Under the pieces are notes generated by a model. The model saw only the letters and a list, made by a program, of their open reading frames with translations. It did no database searches and was not told the DNA's origin. The position numbers and the translations under genes were made by a program. 48,533 bases of DNA from Catajapyx aquilonaris. Taxonomy: Eukaryota. The stretch lies in contig KZ538038.1 of NCBI GenBank assembly GCA_000934665.2, positions 124,001 through 172,533 of the forward strand, read 5' to 3'. Shown in pieces: positions 26,183-37,726 of this stretch (the first letter of the stretch is position 1; each line of letters starts with the position of its first letter).

Positions 26183-29100
26183 GGGTTTAAAGCTGTGGTC
26201 TTCGGCGTTCTGAATTGGTGATGAGTTGCTTAATGCACCTTGCGGCTTGAATTGTGTATGATGTGTAACAAGTTGAAACTGAGCGTTACTAGCTCCAATA
26301 ATTACACGACGTTATAAACGTGCAACCGCAATTGCGCAGTAAATCTGCACGTTCAATTAACTCCGACCCATTTTTTTAAACAGTTTCTTTGTTGCGGAGA
26401 ATGTGGCGCTCGGCCTGTTTATATTATTTCGTTGGTGTTGCAGACACATAGGCTATTATGTATAGTTTTGCTGCAAGTGTTTTTGATCTTGCATTTCCCT
26501 CAAACCACTGTGACTACTTGTGAGCACACGGAAATATTCATAACAGCCCTATTTCAGTCCTTGACAGAGCACTACACAGCGCATTGAGCACTACTCTCAT
26601 TAATATAAGGTAGTATTCATGTCGGCTCCTGTTGGGCTCAGCATACAACAAGCACTTTCAAAATAATATGGGGCGTTAAAGTTTGAATATTAAATTGTCC
26701 CCTATAGATGCAGCTCTGTAATATCTCTATAACGTAAAATTTGAGCAAAGTGAGTAAGTACGCTTTCCATACGTTATATGCAAGAACTAACTCAATTTCG
26801 ATCAAAATGCGACTAATAATCAGCACAGGAGTTGTTACGCTGTAGTTTTTGACTCATCTACTCTGGAACCGGATAGTTTGAGTTTCCTGGGTCATACCCT
26901 GGGCTTTGGGGAAGGGCTAGCCTTCCTAAAATCCACTGGTGCTGTCCAAGTGTAACCCATTAAAGTGTTGATGTTGCTGCGCAAATTAACGGGTTGTACC
27001 TGCTTTTGGGGGCCCCTCAGCTATGGCCAAACTTGTATTAATTAAATCTAAGAGAAACAATGGCGCTTCCCCCATACTCCCCTTTCTGTTCCCCCAATTA
27101 GGCTAATGGCCACTCCGTCATATTTATTTCCAACTTTATTCAGATTTTTGCGAGACCAACTTGCTACTGGGGTGCTGCAAGCACACGTACGCTCCATTAT
27201 TGTTATTATTACAAGTTGTACTTGGAAGCGGCTTAAGTTCGCGTACGCTGGTCGAGGTTCTTAACTTTGATTATTATTAGCGCTGTAATTGCTGCAGGCT
27301 GTAATTAAAGACTGGGGAAGGACGGGTTGCGCCTTTTAGTCAATAAACAGTGTTTCAAAGTGATTCATGCCAGATGGACAATGTTGCAAAAAAGTGTGTA
27401 ACACGCAACCTGTTTGAACGGACTTGTGTGTGCGCAGGAATCGGAAGTATCCCACGGCTGCGAGTGAGAAACGAAACACATGGCACCCATTTTCGGCCTC
27501 AATCACAGCCAGAGTACATATATATGGCCCCCTCTGATTTCATTATGACAACACATGAACAATTTCCGCAAAACATTCTGCCAAACATACAGCCTGATCT
27601 GTCCATCTCTGCCCTTTTTATATGTACGTATATCTTTGACAACAATGCCCACTTTTCCTTTTGTTGGCAAATTCCATATGGAAATCCCGTGCTGTTTATA
27701 GTCCCCCTGGATGCATTATTCTTCTCGGTCACATCCCTTCGTCATTTTTTTTAGATATTATTTCCAGCCTTTCCTTTCTCCAGCAGACGTCAAACTTTCC
27801 TTTATCATGCCTGTCCGGATTTTATAACACTGGATGTGAGGATGGAGAAGAAAAAATCTACCTCTCACCTATACACATCTCCATTTTTTCCCCCACGACA
27901 GTTTGGAGCCACCTTTTTTTTCGAGAATACAAAAGCAGGGAAGCGTAGGGTTAAAGAGGTGAGAAAAAGGTCCAGGATGCTGCTTGGAGGAGGAGGAGAA
28001 GAAAAAATTCTATCGATAGACCCGCCAGAAATAACAATAGACTCGTGCCTAACTAAACGCGTCGGTGGCTCTGCAGACATAAAGCTTCAGCAATTTTGAC
28101 GAGAAAAAGTGAAGTGTGAAATTGACCAAAAAGGGGGTCCGAAACAAACACCAACTTTGTTTTTTTACCACCATTTCAAAGCCAAAAAAAAGTTGCTATC
28201 TTGAGAACGATAACATCAAATATTTCGGACTCGTTTTGACACTAGAAACTCTCTAGAAGTTGGAATAAAAAGCTATTGAGAAGCTGCATCTCCACTTTTC
28301 ATTTTTAGCCATCTCATTTTTTATGAATGACTTTCCTACCAATGTTTACCAAGCACTTGAAATTTCTTTGTGAAGCTGCCAACCTCCCATTCACATACCA
28401 ACAATGCTTTTTTTATGCATGTTTTTTATACATGTTATTCCCTCCCCAGTTCTCTCATTCTGGCTGTTGTGGTCCCCCGAATTGAATCGCTTTTGTCCCG
28501 TCCCCCCCCCNCCCCCCCCCCCCCTTTGGAACCAATTTTTTTCAGTGGATGGGGACAAATAGCTATGGACTATTTCTCTCCACATCAATCCAGTTTCCCT
28601 CCCAAAAAAAATTGGACTGGAAAAAAAAAGAAGCTAGAACCAAATGAGCAGTGGAAATAGGGAAGCCCCCTTTTTTTTCCATGGCCGCAATTCTCTGTTG
28701 ACTCTGGAGAGCGGTTTACATGATTACGCTGCTGCTTCCCAAATCGCTTGTTCGTCTCGCCCGCCCAACGCTAACTAGACGTATGAAAATAGGACCCATT
28801 TTTTTTTTGCAAACAAAAAAAAATCGCGCAGTCGGATGCGGGATTTTCGTGCAGGAATCACCCATCAATGTCGAATCAGTCGCTTCTGGAAATTCAGCAT
28901 TTACAAAGATGCACAGTACTTTTTTAAAAATGCGAATTACACTCGAAAATACACTTTACAAGGAAAGAACTCAATTTAAAGTGCTATCAACTCCGGGTTG
29001 CCCTTTTAAAAGGGGGTGATTTACATCTCAAAGATAATCCGGATCAAACTGACATCAACTGACGTAGTCCGAAGAAAATCTACTGGAAATCCAATAGAAT

Positions 29101-32100
29101 TCAACTTTGCGACGTCCAAATACCTCCTCCAGTTACCTTGCGATGCTACAGTAGCTGTGCTCTCAGAAATCCGGGGGATAATCCGAGAATCACTTCACGT
29201 CTCTAAATCGCATCAATATTGAAAAAAAATACCTGCCCAATTTTTTGGACACCCTGACACCAGCACATAACCGACATTGTCATCCCCGCAAGACCGTCTT
29301 TTCCTGCTGGATGAAACCAAAAATGTGCCCGCAGTTATCACTCCCGGAATTTACGGGTTGTCCCTTATCTCTTATTTTTACCGCAATGGGTCCCCTCCCC
29401 CAGGGTTGGAAATAAATTTGAAAGAAAAAAAAAAAAGTGTGTTCTTTTCCCCCGCCCCATTCCCAGCATCCCTCCATTGCAGCCTCCAAAGACGGAGCCA
29501 AGTTGCACAAAAGAAAAAGGCCAGATCGAGAGCCCCCCTGAATTATTCCGGTAAAGGAATCCTCCGCTCGGTTCAAAGAGAATCGTATAAATCCGGGTAA
29601 TGGAAGAGGACAAGTGAACCGCTACAGATACGTATTGCAACTCGCCTTGGCTTAAATTGGCTTCGGTCATGATCAACCAGCGGTTCCTCTCATTTATTGC
29701 CAAAGAAACTTAACCAGGCCTGCTCGACATAAATAAATCGGGGGGGGGGGGGGGNGGGATTTTGATTAACTTGCTGACCGTGTATGATTGTAAATAAGGG
29801 ATTCACTTTATATGTACTACAGTTGCTTAAATTTGACCGTGTGCCAATTATTTGTGTGTCGTTTATCAATATTAGACAGTAAAAGCATTTGCTGTTGTTG
29901 TGGCCGGAAATTAAAATAAAGCAAATACACACTCCCAATGATGCAGCCTACATAAATCAATATCCGCCTAATCTTGCGTTAAAATGCGCTCTTAAATAAA
30001 TACCGATTTTAGAATCCTTTTAATCACGATTTAACGGTACAACAATTGCTTATTAAGATCCCAAATGTCTAGCCCCATTTACCCTATAGCTCTGACAATC
30101 AACAGGTGCGCCAATAAAGTGAGTAAAGCCGCACCAATATTACCCCACAAAAAATACTATAATCCCACATAATAATGCCAACCTAATCCAATCTTTTTTT
30201 TTAAAGTAACAATATAGTTGAAACAAAGGGACAATGAGCAATTTTAACTGGTAGATGCTTGTTTGAGCAGGTGACATTTATTAGATTTTTCCCCCCTTCC
30301 GAAACGGTCACAGTCCCATGGCTGTTCCTCGACATTATATACAATGGAGGCCATCCAAACAGAATAATTATTGGATGCACCTGGCCGTACACATCGCAAA
30401 CCGCAACATTCACACTGCACTGCTGCTTCGAGCGTATAGCCCGTGGGGAAGGGAAAGGATTAAAATTAAAATCCACCAAAGCATACACTATACCCTTGTT
30501 TTTTTTTTAGAGAGAGTTTCGATCTGAACAGATGCGACTAATTTATTTGCAAATCAAAATTACAAGTACCAGTCGGTACATCGGTTCAGTTTTAAAAAAA
30601 TAATCTTTAATGAGCCGATAGTGTCTTCTGTCCTTTTATTCCGTCCTAGAAATAGTTGATTGCTTTTTCCGGCCATGCATCACCAGCCTGTTAACATGAG
30701 GACTGGTCATTTATCATGGTTGTGTCCTTTCATACTCGCAATTTTCGTTTTAAACTGACAGGGTCAAAGCGCCGTGTGAAACGCTGGGATTGATTTCTAA
30801 TTAAACGGACCCCCTTCGAATTATTCGCGGAATCCATTGCCAACATATTTGCAAATTCGTCCCCATAAAAAATGTGTCGGCCCGGAGACAATAACAGGGG
30901 CATAAAATGACATATAGGCTTAGTATACGCCACAAATATTCCGAAAAAAGTTCTACATGTGGTGCAAACCTGCGAAATCATTAAAATTGCGGATACTTCA
31001 GATATAAAAAATTTTAAATGAAAGAGTCGTATCCACCCATGCAGTTTTTCACGGTACTGCAAAACTGCAAGTTTCATACCCAAGCCTCATTAACTGCCAA
31101 ACAACGCATTGGCGGCTGTTTTTTTCGCTAATTGCGCACCACTGGAAAGCCTTTGCATCGTCACGTTCATCATATACGACTCCGTTGCTGCCGAGAAATA
31201 CAAGGTGTTTCATTGCCCATCGTTGGAGATTGTTCACTCCAGCAAACCATTTTCACTAGAGGCTGTTCACCCAGCGTGATATCAACCCGCAGCAAAATTG
31301 CAGCTCAAGCAACTCCAAGCACAGTCTATATAGTCTTGGAAGTAGAGAGAGATAGTCTAGCTATTAACAGGAAGCAAGGCAAAGTCTATTATGAGCCTAA
31401 CAGATGGGATGCGATTAAAAGCAGACGGAATTCATTTTGGTATATCGTCTTGCACGCGCCTTTATAGTCGCCATTTATCTAACCCTGCGCACTATAAGAT
31501 ACCAAGACCGCTCCAGCAGACCAGAAATCTTCACTCATTATTACTGAGCACACACCGTCATCAAGTTCAGCTTTTGTGGTCTGATATACAGTACTGCCCG
31601 AGAGGAGTTAACTATATACAGCTGTACTCTTCATATCCGGTGCAAAACTTTAAGTGCAATTTGCATCAATTCGGCTTACATCATATTAAATCCGCGATTT
31701 CAATCGCAGAAATTACTTTCCTGGCACGTTCCCATTTCCCCAACCTAAAACAGTGAAAAGTCGCCCAGTTTGTCTGGTTCCGATGAAAACACGTTTACTT
31801 CCATTTGCAGCGGAAATCTCTGCGATTTTTTTAAAGCAAGTCTCACTGTGACAGGCCGCGAGGACAAACCCGCCGATGTAAATCTCACAAAAATGCTTTA
31901 ACAACCCGACGACGCCTGACTGTTCAGGGCAACCCAACATGCTCTCTTACTCGTTGGGTTGCATTCATGCCAGGATGACTCTATCATTTTTGTGTGTGTG
32001 TGTATTCCATCGGTTCATTTGACCAGAAAGGCCATCTTCCCTTCAAAACATGGTCTCATCAGTTGAATGCACACAACATTCTTCTGATCCCTCCTAGAAG

Positions 32101-35100
32101 CCTTTTCTCGGCCATTTCTCACCAAAATGCACCCATACTGAAAGAGCCTCCAGGACAAACACTCCATTCCTTTCCTCTGCTGCTGTTATAGATTCCACCC
32201 ACCCACCCACAGGCACTCATCGCCTGAGCTCCCCAATAAATAATGTTTTGTCTCAAGCCACAAGCCCCATTTGTACCTCCCTCCAGATATTTTCCTCATT
32301 CAAATCCATTTCCAGCCTCTCTTTTTTTTCTTCTTCTTCTTCCAAAGATATATGATTGAATTCATCCACAAGCCTTTTCCTGCCTCAAAACCTGCCCCAA
32401 AATGGGTGTCTGCTGGGGGCCTGTATCCGCCGGGATTGTAATAAATGGACGCGCATCCCACGCCTTTCTCATCCTTCCTTATTCTTCCCTCCGGAGACTC
32501 CGACAATACGAGACATTGGAACGGAGGAGGAGAAAGAAAAAAAATAGGAGAGGGTGAGGGATGACTTGAAGAAACGCTGGGTTCTGATGACAATAACACG
32601 GGAAAAGAGAGCCATTTTGTTCAGGGCGTGCGGGGAATCCCCACAATCACGCACTTTGGCCAAACACCAGACACCATGATGAGAAAGAAAAATGGAGGAG
32701 AAGTGACGTCAACCATTTCGACACATTTTTTTTGCTCTCACAAATACACCAATCTCAAAACCATCCTGAGTGAACCAGCATATAATATTTAAAAAATCGT
32801 CCAACACTAATTACTCATTTTTTAAAAAAAAACGAAGAAGAAAAACAAGTGTGCTAGCTGTTGAAATGAATTCAAAATTTTAACAATTCCTCCCATGGGG
32901 GAGATGTATTGTTTTCCTGTGAACTCTGAAACAAAGTTTGCTCACTCCCATTGCATAATTTTTGGTATTGTTCAAATTGTTGTTTCCCAACCCAGCACTG
33001 CATTTTTTACGATCTCTTTTTTTCCCCCTCGAAAAAATGAGTGGAGTCTAACAAAAAAGTTCGCTTTGAAAATCCGGCTGCTGCCCCCCTCCCCATCTCT
33101 CTCTCTCTTTTTTATTTAATTTCCAGCAGGCAGTAGTAATAAGATGCTTCCAGCCATCTCGTTAACGCCCCCTGAAAATACCGATATGGAAAAAGGGGAG
33201 GTTTGAGAGGAGGGGGCTGATCCATCACAATTGCGTCACTGAAATATCTAGGGCATGGTCCCAAAAAAAAATGTCGATAACGTCACACTGCTCCAGAGGC
33301 ACTTCATAATATTTCGATTGAAACGACCAGATGAAAACGGGGGTGGTTGTCATTATATGCTCAAAAGCCAAAGGCAGAAAAAAAAGTGTGGGTATATGGA
33401 TCGATGAGCAGACTAGTCATTTTCGAATATAAGGCACATTTTTTATATGTCAAAAAACATATTTGCTCAAAATTCTTTCAGTTTTTGCAAGTATTTGCTC
33501 TGTTGCGAATTTTGACCAGATCAGACTAATTTCCGCACTGCTTCGAAAAGTGATACTGCTGATGGGCCTTTTGGCTTGAATTCGTCTCCATCCACTTGCT
33601 CTCTTTTTTTTCCGCCAAACATTGGGTTCGTTATGCATGCAAATTCCCTTGCGTCGTGCCTCAGACACATGCAAGGGAAAGACACTGAATATCAATGAGC
33701 ATCGTCAATTTCCAACAGACGTTTATTGCTCAGCTCAAGGTGACGATACTTCTTCCGCCCATAGTCATCATATAGTCCAGACAATAAAGGCTCGACTTTT
33801 CCTGTCTAGGGAATTATGAAGCCCAGTTAATCCCGCCTTGACCTGACCACTTGGAACCCAAGCTCATTCCAAGTTGGCAAGATAATTGCACCTCACGGAC
33901 AGACGCTTGCGTTAAAATAATTAGCCCGAATTGCAATTAGCGGATACGCGAAGTTGCCCTACACTCGACTTTGTTAGTCTCCAAATAAGGAAACGCCACC
34001 TTGACCAAATTCGCCAAATTTGCGCAATTTTTGTGCAGTGTAAAAAAAAGTCTTTTTAACTGTTCATGAACCAATTTGTTCATTTATACATACACACAAT
34101 GTAATGAAATAATACTGCGCACATCATTTTGGATGCGACATACACCATACATTGCGTATGTAAATGTGACATCCACTCAGAAGGGGAGTGTAATATTTAC
34201 GTCAATTAGACCGCGAGCTAACGTGCGAATTTATATGCCCGGCTTTGTCAATTAGAAATTCAAATCAGCGGCTGCAAATTATGAAAAGTGGCGATGCTCA
34301 ACTTTTTTTAAAAAAAATATAAATATATAATATTGAGGAGTCGCATTATTAACAGAAAGTTGACCACGACGAAAACAGCTTCAGGTACTGTAGGTTCTAT
34401 AAGCATTGCGTGCACAGTAGTTGACCACTGTAGCCATAGATTATTATCGGCAAATTCGGCGATGTAAGTTATAAACTTTAAACAGAGGCTCGCCGGACAT
34501 TAATTCCAACCCCTTATCTTCCCACGGATTACACTAATTTGCATTATTTATTACCAGCCCCTGCGTACACACTAAAGGCGTAATTGCAACCTAAGATTTA
34601 AAATACGTGAAAGTGGACACCGCAAAAACCGAGCTATACGAGGCCGTTAAAAGGAAAGAGTTTGTGTATTTATCACAAAATATATCAACACTTAATGTCA
34701 GAAAATTTGGCAACTCTGACACTTTAAAAAAAAAGCGGGGACGATATTTCATATCTGCTAAACCTAAAAAGTTTGCAAAAAAAAAAAAAGTTTGGAATTA
34801 GAGAGTTAACTCAAACTCCTTATCTCTCATGAGGACCCTTAAGAAAACCCGGCATTTATCATCCAGATAGGAAGCGAAATAATTTTTGCAACCCACATCG
34901 CTGGCCGGCTAAAAGAAAGTTCGCGTAATTAAGTGCGCACGTAAATTACGGTGCGAAAAACTTGCACAACACACGCAAAAAAAGGGGGGGTTTAAAAAGT
35001 AGTTCAGCGGCACAAATAGACAAAACCGATCAACCGCATGGTATGGGCAAACTGTCAATAAATTTGCAAAACTAGCAGGCAAAGTTTGAAATTGCGGAAA

Positions 35101-37626
35101 AAAATGGGGTCGCAAATTCGCAATGACCACGTAGGATCAGGGACGAGTTTATGATTTTCGCGAATAATTTATGTACTGTTCCTTCGCATTGCCACCATAC
35201 TGTTTGCATACTAAAATGCGCGGGGCCAATAAATTTTGTCGCGAAATTCTGTGATTCGTGGCGTCCCCGGACAAAATGTGCGGAAATTGGTATGAACTGA
35301 CAGCAGCGGGGGGGTTCATTACATTTGCAAAACCCGATTATTGAATGAGTGACCATTACAGGTCCGACGGCAAATTGTGCCTCATTAAAAAAATTATTGC
35401 AAAACAATATCCCCCTCGAGCTGACCCAGGCGGTTTCGCAAATTTTTAGCAAACTACAAATTTCGCAATTTTGAGTCGCAATTGCTCACGAGAAATTAGG
35501 AAGCAATTTTTTTAAAAGAAATCTAGCTCATATTTCGCATAAGTTTTGGCCGGATTTTTGCGATTTTCCATGTCACTTTTAAATGACAGCTTAATCACAC
35601 CATGTCCTCCACCCAGCGCCTTTAAAAAAATAAATTATCCTAATTAATCTGTAATGTGGATCACGTCTGGATGTAGGAATCTAGGTCTGGGTTCATTTCG
35701 GGGGCTCAAGACGATGCACATAACAAAAAGGGGGGTTTGGCTCTGCATACATAGCTCGCAAAAAAATTCCGCCAAAAAATAAATGGTGGCCCAGATGCAG
35801 GCAGATGAGTCTCAGGAATTTCTTCCCCATTCTTCAGCCCAGGATGGATGATTCTGGAGAATTTCCAGGGATGAAAAATGGAACCTCCAACAGGTGTCAC
35901 GGCTAATGAAGTTGAAGTAGTGCTGCCCCTAATGTTGTTTAAAATATTGGGTTTGAGCAGTGATGTACAAGCATTATTAACACTGCAACAGATTCGTTAC
36001 ACATTTTAATCACACATGTGGCCGAATCCAATTAGTCGCATGGGTCAAACGTGGCACCAGAACTGACCGTAATCCGAGGGACAAACATGTGCAATGCTCT
36101 GCCAACATAAATTTTATCACGCTGCAGCATATCCCCCAATAATTCGGAATGCAATTTTAGCTGGTGTAATTAATAAGCTGGATGGAAATGTAACGAGTTA
36201 TGTCGAGTGTGAGTACAGTTTGTAAAGGCTCATGTTACTTACATTCAGATGCGCTACTTCACGTCCAACATGGTCATGCTGATATGTCAGTCTTCGCAGT
36301 AATTTCGCTCTGAAATGACACCACACAAGCACCATTAAAACTTCCCAGCTCAACTGTGCCAAAAATTAAGGAATCCCTAGTCTTATCTAAGTCTTATCAG
36401 TGCCGGCCAATTTGACTGACAATGTCATTTTACGGTTGTTTTCATGCACGTCAATAGCGGTTGCAATAAGGTATGTGACCACAGTACAATGAAGGTCAGT
36501 AGGTCATTTAAAATATCTCCTTTACTTCCATCTTAGACGGGAACAAGCTCATCTGGAAATAACAAACTGGCTTCTCAGTCGAGGAATTGCAGGATCAAAG
36601 AACACCCGATTCACAAGGCAAAAATTAATTTTTTTCTTGTCATCGGCTGTGTCGAGAGAACTGGCACACCCAAATGATGATGATGAAAAACAAAAGCGAC
36701 TTGAAGTAGAGTAGGGGTGGGGGGGAGATGGAGGAGTGGGAGGGGGGAAAAAAGAGAAGAAATAAATTCACATCATTCCACTTGGTCCATTTTGTACACT
36801 CGGGAATATCGTCACTCAAAATATTCATTTCTCGCCTCGATTCTCCATGACAAAAAATTCACTACAAAATATCAATCGCTCATCGTCATTACTGTCTAAT
36901 TCCATAATTGTGGGAGGGAGGATGGGTGAGGTAGGGTACACCGGGTAGGTATAATTAGGGGTGAAATTATGGGAGGGAAGGGAGTGACCGGGCAGTGTGT
37001 GTAGTACGTAACTGCTGCCATCCTTTCAAAAATGTTACTTCACCTCAGTTTTTGCAAGCCAAACATACCGGTGTAAAAATATCCACAAAATTAAAGCTGC
37101 CCTCCCAAGCAATAATGCCGTAAGACACTTTCCCAAAATAACCTTGGTTCTACATCCAGTGCTCGGAAAGGCAAAAAAAAAAAAAAATGCCAGAATAGCT
37201 GTTTCCTTGTCAAACAAGAACACAGGCCATCATCAAAGATGCTAATTACAACATGCATTCAGCTTGCAAAAGGCAAGGGGATTCAACATTATCAACATGT
37301 ATTGCAGATACTCCTCAGAACAACTTGATTCACACAAATAAAGAAAAAAAAAACAACAAAAAAACAACATGGAGATCTAACGAAAGTAATCACAATCTCA
37401 CCAGGAAGTTGGACGTCAAAAAAAAAAATGTAACACAGTCGGAGTTTTGTCTTCCAGGACAATACGGTAATAAGAGTAGTAAAACGTGCACGCAATGGGC
37501 CCCTTTTTGTAACCTGATTTTGCCTGTGCACTACAAGGTACGTTTCAAGAAACCTGCTCCCTGGACTGAAATATTTCAGGAAAAAAAAGGGCTGAGGTAA
37601 AAAAAATACAAAAATGCAGCGTGTCA

Positions 37627-37726
37627 CTATGAGGTCATCATCTCCGAGATGGATGAAGCCGAGATGCTCGGTCCTTTTAAAGAGTCGTTTATGTCCCTCC
37701 GAAACACTGACAGATTTTGGGTGAAC
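37627..37726 (-). CDS. XPO7: XPO7 exon 18 (last coding exon)
   Basis: [26 protein letters not shown]...MMTS then TAG TGA. Confidence 0.93.

Noticed and set aside
6500..37600. Numerous 60-208 aa ORFs in the intergenic region, e.g. 19607-20233 and 21689-22150
   Set aside because: They often start at non-ATG codons, run through homopolymers and microsatellites (F/K-rich), and show no domain similarity or consistent exon structure
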